Assembly: GCA_963789955.1 (NCBI GenBank)
Contig: CAWBMV010000006.1
Location: 416,001 to 480,000, forward strand
Direction: 5' to 3'
DNA length: 64,000 nt
Source of the DNA: an uncultured Candidatus Rokubacteria bacterium
GTDB lineage: Bacteria > Methylomirabilota > Methylomirabilia > Rokubacteriales > CSP1-6
Part shown: positions 20,275 through 29,794 of the stretch, in pieces
How positions within the stretch are numbered: the first letter of the stretch is position 1
Layout of the letters: each line of letters begins with the position of its first letter
Made by a program: the position numbers and the translations under genes
The notes under the pieces: model-generated
Database searches by the model: none
What the model was told of the DNA's origin: nothing
What the model saw: only the letters and a program-made list of their open reading frames with translations

Positions 20275-21093
20275 ATGTCCGTCACGGTCTACATTCCGAC
20301 GTCGTTTCGTCGGGCCACCGACAATCGCGATCGGATCCAGGTCGCCGCGCACGATGTGAGCCGCCTGCTCGATCAGCTCGAGGCCTCGTTCGGCGGCCTG
20401 AAGGGCCTCGTGCGCGACGAGGGCGGCGAGGTGCATCACCACGTGAGCATCTACGTGAACAGCGAGGCGATCGAGTCCCTGCAGGGACTGCGCACGCCCC
20501 TGAAGGATGGTGACGAGGTCGCGATCATCCCGGCGCTCGCGGGCGGGGCGCGCGCGATCGTCACCGCGGAGGAGCTCGAGGCGATCCGCCGGCAGGCCGT
20601 CGAGGAGTACCCGCGCGAGTCGTGCGGAGTCATCCTCGAGCAAGGGCAGCTACGCCGGCTCGTGCGGTGCCGGAACATCCAGGACGAGCTCCACGCCAAG
20701 GATCCGCAGCGCCACCCGCGCGACGCGCGGACCGCCTACTTCATCGATCCCAAGGATCTCCTGCGCATCGGACGTCTGGAGGGCGAGGGGTACGAGGTCG
20801 CGGTGATCTATCACTCCCACGTCGACGCCGGCGCGTACTTCTCGCCGACCGATCGACAGCAGGCGCAGATCAGCGGCGAGCCGACGTACCCGTCGGCGAC
20901 CTATCTGGTCACGTCCGTGATGGCCGGACGCGCCGAGGCGGTCGCCGCGTTTCAGTGGAGCCCGGCGGAGCGCGACTTCGTCCAGGTCCAGCTCGACTCG
21001 GATCGCTGGCGCTGGCACGAGCGACTCTCGTTCGCGGCCGGCCGCGTGTGGGAGCGCCTCGGCATCGGTGCGCGACTCGGACGGAGCTCCTGA
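20275..21093 (+). CDS. MoaD/CysO-like ubiquitin-fold sulfur carrier fused to a JAB/MPN+ (Mec-like) metallopeptidase
   Basis: Residues 1-91 end [16 protein letters not shown], then continue in frame to YPRESCG...[15 protein letters not shown] (E..HxHx7Sx2D). Confidence 0.85.
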   Translation: MSVTVYIPTSFRRATDNRDRIQVAAHDVSRLLDQLEASFGGLKGLVRDEGGEVHHHVSIYVNSEAIESLQGLRTPLKDGDEVAIIPALAGGARAIVTAEELEAIRRQAVEEYPRESCGVILEQGQLRRLVRCRNIQDELHAKDPQRHPRDARTAYFIDPKDLLRIGRLEGEGYEVAVIYHSHVDAGAYFSPTDRQQAQISGEPTYPSATYLVTSVMAGRAEAVAAFQWSPAERDFVQVQLDSDRWRWHERLSFAAGRVWERLGIGARLGRSS

Positions 21094-22370
21094 TGCGCGA
21101 CTCGAAGAGTCTGTTCGAGGCCGCCTCCCGCGTGATTCCCGGCGGCGTCAACAGCCCGGTCCGCGCCTTCCGCGGCGTCGGCGGCGAGCCGTTCTTCGTC
21201 GCGCGCGGCGAGGGGGCGCGACTCTGGGACGTCGACGGCCGGTCGTATCTCGACTTCCTCGGCTCGTGGGGACCGCTGATCCTCGGCCACGCGGCCCCGA
21301 CGGTCGTCGCGGCGGTCACCGAAGCGGCGACGCGAGGCACGAGCTACGGCGCGCCGACCGGGCTCGAGGTCGAGATGGCCGAGGCGATCACCGCCGCGTA
21401 CCCGTCGATCGAGCTCGTGCGGCTCGTCAGCTCGGGGACCGAGGCGGCGATGAGCGCGATCCGGCTGGCGCGGGGCGCGACCGGTCGTCCGCTGCTGCTC
21501 AAATTCGACGGCTGCTATCACGGTCACGCCGACAGCCTGCTCGTGAAGGCCGGCTCGGGCGGCGCGACGTTCTCCATTCCCGACAGCGCCGGCGTGCCCG
21601 GGCCGCTCGCGCAGCTGACCGTGACGGCACCGTTCAACGATCTCGAGGCCGTCAAGGCCATCTTCCGTGAGCGCGGCCGCGAGATCGCGGCGGTCATCGT
21701 CGAGCCGGTGGCCGGCAACATGGGTGTCGTGCCGCCGCGCCCGGGATTTCTCGAGGGGCTTCGCGAGGTCACGCGGGCGCACGACGCCGTGCTGATCTTC
21801 GACGAGGTCATCACCGGCTTCCGCGTCGCGTACGGCGGCGCCCAGGCACTCTACGGCGTGCGGCCCGACCTCACGTGTCTCGGGAAGGTCATCGGCGGCG
21901 GACTACCCGTCGGCGCCTACGGCGGATCACGGCACCTGATGAACCACGTGGCGCCGCTCGGCGCCGTCTATCAGGCCGGGACATTGTCGGGGAATCCGCT
22001 CGCGGTCGCGGCGGGGCTGGCGACGCTCACGCGGCTTCGCGATCGCGACGTCTATGGTCGTCTGGAGGCGCTCGGCGGCGAGCTCGAGCGGGGGCTCCGC
22101 GCCGGCGCCGAGCGCGCCCGCGTTCCGTTGACGGTCAACCGCGTGGGCTCGATGCTGACGGGCTTCTTCTGCGCCGGGCCCGTCACCGACTACGCGTCGG
22201 CCAAGCACTCCGACACCAAGCGCTACGCGCGCTACTTCCACGGCATGCTCGAACGCGGAGTATTTCTCGCGCCGTCACAATTCGAAGCCGCGTTCGTCTC
22301 GCTCGCGCACACCGACGCCGACATCGCGTTCGCGGCGCGCGCCGCGGGCGAGGCGCTGGCCGCGGGCTGA
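21093..22370 (+). CDS. hemL: Glutamate-1-semialdehyde 2,1-aminomutase
   Basis: [46 protein letters not shown]. Confidence 0.97.
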   Translation: MRDSKSLFEAASRVIPGGVNSPVRAFRGVGGEPFFVARGEGARLWDVDGRSYLDFLGSWGPLILGHAAPTVVAAVTEAATRGTSYGAPTGLEVEMAEAITAAYPSIELVRLVSSGTEAAMSAIRLARGATGRPLLLKFDGCYHGHADSLLVKAGSGGATFSIPDSAGVPGPLAQLTVTAPFNDLEAVKAIFRERGREIAAVIVEPVAGNMGVVPPRPGFLEGLREVTRAHDAVLIFDEVITGFRVAYGGAQALYGVRPDLTCLGKVIGGGLPVGAYGGSRHLMNHVAPLGAVYQAGTLSGNPLAVAAGLATLTRLRDRDVYGRLEALGGELERGLRAGAERARVPLTVNRVGSMLTGFFCAGPVTDYASAKHSDTKRYARYFHGMLERGVFLAPSQFEAAFVSLAHTDADIAFAARAAGEALAAG

Positions 22371-22406
22371 GCGCTCGCGCGAGCACGCTCGAACCGCGCG
22401 AATAGA

Positions 22407-22441
22407 TTGACGGCCGCCGGGACCACGTGATAGCGTTCACG
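22407..22441 (+). promoter_or_regulatory. act promoter TTGACG-N18-TAGCGT with a CGTGA-N6-TCACG palindrome over the -10
   Basis: Visible elements; palindrome at 22426-22441 resembles Rex or CRP/FNR boxes. Confidence 0.5.
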
Positions 22442-22479
22442 AGCAATCTAGAAAACCGCCGGAGGACAATCGACCGTCG

Positions 22480-23075
22480 ATGATGGCGAAGGCAGGAGTA
22501 GGCGCACTCGGCGCGGCGCTCCTAGCCGTTCTGGTCTTCCTGGCGATCTCGTCGTGGAGCCGCCAGCCGGCCGCCGCCGCGAAGCCTTCGGCGCAGCCCA
22601 TCAACTTTCCGCACAACGTCCACGCCGGCACCTACAAGATCGATTGCCAGTACTGTCACAGCGACGCGCGCCGCTCCGAGTACGCGGGGCTTCCGTCCGT
22701 CGAGCGCTGCATGGGATGCCACAAGATCGCCGGCGCGGCCTTGCCGGAGGTGAAGAAGCTCGCCGAATACCAGGCGAAGAAGGAGCCGATTCCCTGGGTG
22801 CGCGTGAACAAGCTGCCGGAGTTCACGTACTTTCCGCACAAGGCGCACATCCGCGCCGGCCTGCAAGTGTCAGGGCTGTCATGGTCCCGTGGAAACGATG
22901 ACGACCTTCGCGGCGCGAGACCGGCCCGAAGCTGACGGTCGACCTGCTGCATCTCGTGGGCTTCAAGCCCGCGCCGCCGCCCCTGACGATGGGCTGGTGC
23001 GTGGAGTGCCATCGCCAGCAGAACGAGACGGCCGGCAAACATGCGCCGCTCGACTGCGTGACCTGCCACCATTGA
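22480..23075 (+). CDS. actA: Alternative complex III pentaheme cytochrome c (two frameshifts)
   Basis: QPINFPHNVH; CQYCH, CMGCH, CQGCH, CVECH and CVTCH across three frames; IPWVRV. Confidence 0.88.
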
Positions 23076-23125
23076 AAAACGGAGCCGGTGAGCTCGCGCC
23101 GCCCGCGATCCGGAGAACCCGGTAG

Positions 23126-26026
23126 ATGAATCGACGCGACTTCTTCAAGATCGTCACGGTGTCCGGCGCCGCGGCCGCGTCCGGCGGCTGCCAGCAGGCG
23201 AGCGAGACGATTCTTCCGCTGGTCGTGCCGAACGAGCAGCTCGTGCCGGGTGTCGCGTCCTGGTTCGCCACGGTCTGCCGTGAGTGCCCGGCGGGGTGTG
23301 GAGTCATCGCGCGCAATCGCGAAGGACGCATCGTCAAGCTCGAGGGGAACCCGGATCATCCCGTCAACGCGGGCGCGCTCTGCATGCGCGGCCAGGCGGC
23401 CCTGCAGAGGCTCTACCATCCCGACCGGATCGCGGGCCCGCTCGTTCGCGAGGGAAGCGCCGGCTTCAAGTCCGCGACGTGGGACGCCGCGAGCAAGATG
23501 GTCTCCGATCGCATCGCCGCGCTCAAGACGGGCGGCAAGGGACGGGCGATCGCGGTCGTCACGCAGCTCGAGAACGGCAGCCTGGGCGGGATGCTCGACC
23601 GCTGGGTCCAGGCGCTCGGCGCGCGCCCGCGGGTCACCCTGGAGCCGTTCGCGTACGAGTCGATTCGCGCCGCGAACCGGCTCACGTTCAATCGCGACGC
23701 GATCCCGTACTACGCCTTCGAAGACGCCGAGGTGGTGCTGTCGTTCGGCGCGGACTTCATCGAGACCTGGCTCTCGAACGTCAACTACGCGCGTACGTTC
23801 GCGCGCATGCACTCGTTCAGGGACGGACGCGCCGGCACGTTCATCCACGTCGAGCCTCGCCAGTCGCTGACGGCGTCGAACGCCGACGAGTGGGTCAGGA
23901 ACGCGCCCGGGACCGAAGGGCTGCTCGCCCTCGCGATCCTCCGCGTCATGGTGGACGAGGGGACGGCGGACAAGCGATTCAGCGACGCGGTCGCGTCGGT
24001 CGATCTCAAGCGCGCCTCGGACGAGAGCGGAGTCGGCATCGAGACGATCAAGCACATCGCGAAGGTGTTCGCCCACGGCAAGCCCGGGCTCGCGGTCGGC
24101 GGCGGCGTCTCCGTCACCGGCACCAACGCGACCCAGACGCAGGTCGCGATCAATCTCCTGAACGCGGCGGCGGGCAACGTCGGCAAGACCGTGCGGTTCG
24201 GCGCCGACTCGGCCTACGGGAAGGTCACCCCGTATGCGGAGGTGGCCAGCCTCGCGGGCGCGATGGCGAACGGCGAGGTCGAGGTGCTCATCCTGGGCCC
24301 GGGCGTGAACCCGGCCTTCACCTTGCCCTCCGGGCTCAAGCTGGCCGACGCGATCCGCAAGGTCGCGCTGGTCGTCAGCTTCGCGAACGTTCCCGACCAG
24401 ACCAGCGAGCTCGCCCACGTCGTCCTGCCCGACACGCACTGGCTCGAGTCGTGGGGCGACTACTCGCCGCGTGAGGGCGTGGTCGGATTCCTCCAGCCGA
24501 CGATGTCCCCGATCCGCGATTCGCGGCCGATGGGCGACACGCTCCTTCGCATCGGGCGGGCGGCGCTCGGCGCCGAGGAAGGCAAGGGGCCGATCCCGTG
24601 GCCGACCTTCGAGCAATATGTGAAAGCAGCTTGGGCCCCGCTGATTAAGGGAGAGCTCGAGGGCGCCCTTCGACGCGGCGGCCTCTTCGGCGAGGTCGCG
24701 CCGGCGGCGGTGACCTTGAAGATCGCCGGCGGCGATCCGGCGCCCGCGAAGCTCGACGGCGACGGCAGCGGTCTGACGCTTCTCGCGTATCCGTCGCTCA
24801 GGTTCTACGACGGGCGAAGCGCGATCAGCTCGTGGCTCCAGGAAGCGCCGGATTCGATGACGCAGGCGGTCTGGGACGCGTGGGTCGAGATCTCGACCGA
24901 GACCGCCGCCAAGCTCGGCGTCACGCGCGGCGACATGGTCGCGGTGAAATCGTCTCAAGGGACGATCGAGCTGCCCGCGTACATCTCGCCGACCCTCCAT
25001 CCCTCGGCCGTCGCGATTCCTATGGGCCACCGCTACGCGCCCTATCAGCGCCCGCGATACGTCGCCGCCGACACGAAATCGGTGAACCCGATGGACATCC
25101 TGCCGGCCACGCCCGACCCGGCGTCCGGCGGGCTGGCGTTCATGAGCGTGAAGGTGACCCTGACGAAGCTCGGCACGCGCCGTCCGCTCGCCGTGCTGCA
25201 GGCGACGCACGATCAGGACGATCGCGAGCTGGCGCAGCACGTCGATCTCGGCGCGGCGCGCGAGCAGGCGCTGCGCGGCCGCGGCGCGGAGACACCGCAT
25301 CCCACCCTGTACGAGGAGCAGAAATATCCCGGCCCGCGCTGGGGCATGACGATCGACGTCGACGCCTGCGTGGGCTGCCAGGCGTGCGTGACCTCCTGCC
25401 AGGCCGAGAACAACGTGCCGATCGTCGGCAAGGCGTCGGCGGCCTACGGCCGTCAGCTCAACTGGATCCGCATCGAGCGCTGGGCGGACGGCAAGCCCGA
25501 GCATCCGACGAACATGTTCCTGCCGATGCTCTGCCAGCACTGCGAGGTCGCGCCGTGCGAGCCCGTATGTCCCGTGTACGCGGCGTACCGGACCGAGGAA
25601 GGGCTCAACGGGCAGGTCTACAACCGCTGCGTGGGGACACGGTACTGCGGCAACAACTGCCCGTACCACGTGCGTCGATTCAACTGGTTCCAGTACGAGT
25701 TCCCGACGCCGCTCGAGGTCCAGCTGAACCCGGACGTCACCGTCCGCCAGCTCGGCGTGATGGAGAAGTGCACGATGTGCATGCAGCGCATCATCGCCGG
25801 CAAGGATCGGGCGAAGGACGAGAAGCGCGCGGTCCGAGACGGCGACATCCAGACGGCGTGCCAGCAGACGTGCCCGACGCAGGCGATCACGTTCGGCAAC
25901 CTCAAGGACGAGGCAAGCACGGCGGCGAAGCTGACGCATTCGCCGCGCGCGTATCACGTCCTGGAAGAGGTGGGCACGCGGCCCTCGATCACCTATCTCC
26001 GCAAGGTCGTGCGCGGACACGCGTGA
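23126..26026 (+). CDS. actB: ACIII molybdopterin-oxidoreductase-like + Fe-S subunit
   Basis: Tat signal NRRDFFK, KLEGNPDHP, CVGCQACVTSCQAEN, YNRCVGTRYCGNNCPY, GVMEKC. Confidence 0.92.
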   Translation: MNRRDFFKIVTVSGAAAASGGCQQASETILPLVVPNEQLVPGVASWFATVCRECPAGCGVIARNREGRIVKLEGNPDHPVNAGALCMRGQAALQRLYHPDRIAGPLVREGSAGFKSATWDAASKMVSDRIAALKTGGKGRAIAVVTQLENGSLGGMLDRWVQALGARPRVTLEPFAYESIRAANRLTFNRDAIPYYAFEDAEVVLSFGADFIETWLSNVNYARTFARMHSFRDGRAGTFIHVEPRQSLTASNADEWVRNAPGTEGLLALAILRVMVDEGTADKRFSDAVASVDLKRASDESGVGIETIKHIAKVFAHGKPGLAVGGGVSVTGTNATQTQVAINLLNAAAGNVGKTVRFGADSAYGKVTPYAEVASLAGAMANGEVEVLILGPGVNPAFTLPSGLKLADAIRKVALVVSFANVPDQTSELAHVVLPDTHWLESWGDYSPREGVVGFLQPTMSPIRDSRPMGDTLLRIGRAALGAEEGKGPIPWPTFEQYVKAAWAPLIKGELEGALRRGGLFGEVAPAAVTLKIAGGDPAPAKLDGDGSGLTLLAYPSLRFYDGRSAISSWLQEAPDSMTQAVWDAWVEISTETAAKLGVTRGDMVAVKSSQGTIELPAYISPTLHPSAVAIPMGHRYAPYQRPRYVAADTKSVNPMDILPATPDPASGGLAFMSVKVTLTKLGTRRPLAVLQATHDQDDRELAQHVDLGAAREQALRGRGAETPHPTLYEEQKYPGPRWGMTIDVDACVGCQACVTSCQAENNVPIVGKASAAYGRQLNWIRIERWADGKPEHPTNMFLPMLCQHCEVAPCEPVCPVYAAYRTEEGLNGQVYNRCVGTRYCGNNCPYHVRRFNWFQYEFPTPLEVQLNPDVTVRQLGVMEKCTMCMQRIIAGKDRAKDEKRAVRDGDIQTACQQTCPTQAITFGNLKDEASTAAKLTHSPRAYHVLEEVGTRPSITYLRKVVRGHA

Positions 26027-26030
26027 GCCG

Positions 26031-27373
26031 ATGAGCGACAACCGGACGACCGCTCCCACGTTCGCCGACGTCAACCGCGACGTCCTCCGGACCCTCGATC
26101 CGCCGGGCAACCTCTACTTCGCCTGGATGTGCTTCGTGGCGCTCCTGCTCGCCGGATTCTTCGGCGCCTGGACCGGCCAGGTCTGGTGGGGCATGGGCAT
26201 GGCCGGCAAGCGCGTGCCCCAGATGTGGGCGCTGTACATCACCACCTTCGTGTTCTGGATCGGTATCGGCCACGCCGGCACGTTGATCTCGGCCATCCTG
26301 TATCTGTTCCGCGCGCGCTGGCGGACGTCGATCTACCGCGGCGCCGAGGCGATGACGATCTTCGCGGTCATGACCGCCGGGCTGTTCCCGCTGATCCACG
26401 CCGGGCGGATGTGGTTCGCGTACTTCCTGTTGCCGTACCCGAACCAGCGCTTCCTCTGGCCGAACTTCCGCTCGCCGCTCGTGTGGGACGTGTTCGCGAT
26501 CTCGACCTACCTCTCGGTCAGCACGGTCTTCTTCATCGTCGGGCTGGTGCCGGACATCGCCGCGCTGCGCGACGCCTCGACCGGCTGGCGCCGGCGGATC
26601 TTCTCGATGCTGGCGCTCGGGTGGGAGGGCTCGGACACGCAGTGGCGCCACTACCGCCGCGCGTACGGCCTGCTGGCCTCGCTGGCGACGCCGCTCGTGC
26701 TCTCCGTGCACAGCGTCGTGTCCTGGGACTTCGCGATGGCGCTCGTCCCGGGCTGGCACTCGACGCTGTTCGCGCCGTTCTTCGTCGATGGCGCGATCTT
26801 CTCCGGCTTCGCGATGGTGCTGATCCTGATGCTGCCCATGCGGCACTTCTTCCACCTGCACGCGTACGTCACCGACAAGCATCTGGACGCGATGGGCAAG
26901 CTGATCCTGGTCACCGGCCTCGTCCTGACCTACTTCTACATCTGCGAGGTGTTCACGTCGCTCTACAGCGGCGAGCACATCGAGAAGGCGTCGCTCTTCT
27001 GGAAGGTGACGACAGACCTACGCGTGGGCGCTGTGGACGATGTACTTCTGCAACTGCGTGGCGCCGCTGATCCTCTTCTGGAAGCGGGCGCGCACGAGCC
27101 CGGTCATTCTGTACATCGTGTCGATCCTGGTGCTGATCGGGATGTGGTTCGAGCGCTTCAACATCATCGTCCCGTCGCTCGGCCACGACTTCTATCCGTA
27201 CACGTGGGGCATCTACTATCCGAGCCCCGACGGACACGATGATCGTGATCGGCAGCTTCTCGTTCTTCTTCCTGCTGTTCCTCGGCTTCATCAAGCTGAT
27301 GCCGTCGCTGTCGATCGTCGAGGTCAAGGAGACGATCCCGCCGCCGATCCGGGACAGAGCCCATGGCCACTGA
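26031..27373 (+). CDS. actC: ACIII NrfD/PsrC membrane subunit (frameshifts near 27015 and 27230)
   Basis: FVFWIGIGHAGTLISA, NFRSPLVWDVFA, LVLSVHSVVSWDF, GMWFERF. Confidence 0.92.
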
Positions 27374-28008
27374 GACGGTCCTCGGCGTCTTCGCCCACGT
27401 CGACACGACGGTGCGCGCGCTCGAGGAGCTGCGCGCGCGCGGCTACCACGACCTCACGGTCTACACGCCGCTGCCCGTCCACGAGATCGAGGAGGTGCTC
27501 GAGCGCGACCGGCCGGTCAGCCGCGTGCGGCTCTTCACCCTGATCGGCGGGCTCACGGGAATCGCCTCGGCCTTCATCCTGACGATCTGGAGCTCGATGG
27601 TGTGGGGACTGGTCACCGGCGGCAAGTACATGCAACCGGTGAGCGGAGGCGGTCATCAGCGGCTCCTCGCTGCCGCCGTTCTTCATCATCGCGTTCGAGC
27701 TGATGGTGCTCTTCGCCGGGTTCGCGACGGTCATCGGCATGGTCGTGCTCGGGCGGCTCCCGCGGCTGCGGCCGAGCACGAGCTACGATCCGCGCTTCAC
27801 CAACGACCGCTTCGGCGTGGCCGTCCACTGCGCCCCCGAACGCGCCGCGTCGGTCCACGAGCTCCTCCGAGGAGCGGGCGCCGAAGAAGTCAAAGCCGCG
27901 ATGAAAAAAACGATCAGCCATCGGGTCAGATCGGGCGAGCGGAGCCACGCCGCACCTATCTCAGGCCACCCTCGGTCCAAGCCGGCCTCAAGGCCCCCGC
28001 TCCCATGA
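27363..28008 (+). CDS. actD: ACIII DUF3341 subunit (frameshift near 27650; may really end near 27904)
   Basis: VYTPLPVHEI, FELMVLFAG, YDPRFTNDRFGV, GAEEV. Confidence 0.85.
27932..28004 (+). repeat. Dispersed ~73-bp junction repeat, copy A
   Basis: cgggcgagcggagccacgccgcacctatctcaggccaccctcggtccaagccggcctcaaggcccccgct; similar copies at 36245 and 36901. Confidence 0.9.
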
Positions 28009-28512
28009 AATACGTCTTCATCCTGATGCTGCTGGTGGTCGGCGCCGCCGCCGGAGCGTGGGGCGCGGCGATCGTCGTCCGCTGGAACGACAACATGACG
28101 CACACCGCGCGGATCATGCCGGGCGAGCGCGTGTTCTCGATGCCGCCGGGCGTGGTCCCGCGCGGCGGTGATCTGATCATCCCCAAGGAGCAGCGCGACG
28201 TCGCGGCCAAGCAGCCGAATCCGGTGAAGGCCTCCGAGGCCTCCGTGACGATCGGCAAGGAGCGCTTCGCGACCTTCTGCGTGCCCTGCCACGGTCCCGA
28301 AGGCGAAGGGTGGGACGAGCGGGCTCGTCGCGACGAAATTCATCCCGACGCCGGACCTGACGAACGCCGAGCTCCAGAAGCAGCGGACCGACGGCTACTG
28401 GCACAGCTACATCGTCGTGGGCGGGGCCGTGATGCCCGCGTACGGCGAGGCGCTGTCGACGCAAGAGGCATGGCACATCGTGAACTTCCTGCGGTCGATC
28501 GCCCAGAAATGA
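28005..28512 (+). CDS. actE: ACIII monoheme cytochrome c (frameshift near 28310)
   Basis: CVPCHGPEG, then DGY...VMPAYGEAL...WHIVNFLR in the shifted frame. Confidence 0.85.
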
Positions 28513-29618
28513 CGGTCTTCTGGAGTCTCGTCGCCGCGCTCGGCGCGGTCGTGTTCCTGGTCGGCGCGAACTCATCCGACGCCCAGCAGGTCTGGTCGAT
28601 CTATCTCGTGAACCTCGTGTTCTGGTCCGGGATCGCCGTGAGCGGACCGGCGATCGCGGGCATGATGCAGGTCACCGAGGCGCGCTGGTCCCCGAGCGTG
28701 CGGCGCATCGCGCTGACGACGGCCGGGTTCCTGCCGATCTCGTTCGTGCTCTTTCTCGTGCTGTACGCCGGTCAGACCGTTCTCTATCCGTGGGTCACGA
28801 AGCCGATCCCGGCGAAGGCCGCCTGGCTGAACGTGCCGTTCTTCTGGCTCAGGACGTACGTGCTCGCCGCGGTGCTCTTCGCCGTCTGCTTCGCGTTCGT
28901 GCGGGCGTTGCTGCGTGACGCGATCCCGCCGGACGACGAGCGCGAGCGCGCGCATCGCAACCGCATCGCGGTGATCTTGTTGATGCTCTGGCTCGTGACG
29001 GTCTCGCTCTGGGGCTTCGATCTGCTGATGTCGCTCGACCCGAGATGGTACAGCGGCCTCTACGGCGGGTACTTCGCGGTGAGCGCGCTCTACACCGCGT
29101 TCTGCCTCCTGTCGATCCTCACGGTCCGGACCAATGCCCGCGGGCGCGCCTCGATCCCGCCCGACGCGGTCCAGGACGTCGCCAAGCTGCAGTTCGCGCT
29201 CTCGATCGTCTGGATGTACTTCTTCTGGTCGCAGTACATCGTGATCTGGTATGGCAACGTGCCGGTCGAGACGCGATTCTTCATCCAGCGTGTCTTCGTG
29301 CAGCCGTGGATGACCCTGGCGTGGGTGGTGCTCGTGGTGGGCTGGCTGATCCCATTCGCGTATCTGCTCAAGCGACTCACCGGCCGGCCGCCGCAGCGAC
29401 ACGCCCCGCTCGTCGTGGTGGCGGTGTTCGGACTGGTGGGGATCTTCCTCGAGCGGGTCTTCCTCGTCTTTCCGTCGGTCTCATCCAGCCTGCACCTGCC
29501 GCTCACGCTCCGCGATCTCGCGATCACCGCCGGCTTCCTGGCGCTCTTCGTCCTGAGCCGCCGCTGGTTCTTCGGCTACTTCAAGCCCGTCCTCAATCTG
29601 CCGCACACCGGTCACTAG
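28509..29618 (+). CDS. actF: ACIII membrane subunit F
   Basis: WLNVPFF, DLLMSLDPRWYS, YFFWSQYIVIWYGNVP. Confidence 0.9.
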   Translation: MTVFWSLVAALGAVVFLVGANSSDAQQVWSIYLVNLVFWSGIAVSGPAIAGMMQVTEARWSPSVRRIALTTAGFLPISFVLFLVLYAGQTVLYPWVTKPIPAKAAWLNVPFFWLRTYVLAAVLFAVCFAFVRALLRDAIPPDDERERAHRNRIAVILLMLWLVTVSLWGFDLLMSLDPRWYSGLYGGYFAVSALYTAFCLLSILTVRTNARGRASIPPDAVQDVAKLQFALSIVWMYFFWSQYIVIWYGNVPVETRFFIQRVFVQPWMTLAWVVLVVGWLIPFAYLLKRLTGRPPQRHAPLVVVAVFGLVGIFLERVFLVFPSVSSSLHLPLTLRDLAITAGFLALFVLSRRWFFGYFKPVLNLPHTGH

Positions 29619-29632
29619 TCCTTCGCGTCACC

Positions 29633-29771
29633 GGGGACCGAGGGGCGGGCTGGGATGCCCCCCGCGACCTGCGCGCGAAGACTGCAAAGAGACGAAACCA
29701 TTCGCTTGCAGTTCAAGTTGCCGTACCTACACAGGTCGCGGGGGGCATCCCCAGCCCGCCCCTCGGCCCCC
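29633..29771. repeat. ~140-bp element with ~39-bp terminal inverted repeats (REPIN/MITE-like)
   Basis: ggggaccgaggggcgggctgggatgccccccgcgacctg ... caggtcgcggggggcatccccagcccgcccctcggccccc. Confidence 0.85.
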
Positions 29772-29794
29772 TGCGCGTGTAGTAGAGTAACCGT

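Noticed and set aside
20275..21093. Ubl/JAB gene as a CBASS, Pycsar or Bil-type anti-phage ubiquitination system
   Set aside because: No E1/E2, cyclase or effector nearby; the cysK/Rrf2 context points to sulfur transfer
22823..26110. Long antisense ORFs (1095 aa here; also 3815-5518, 11003-12955 and 58533-60740)
   Set aside because: Shadow ORFs caused by GC3 bias opposite well-supported genes; no recognisable motifs
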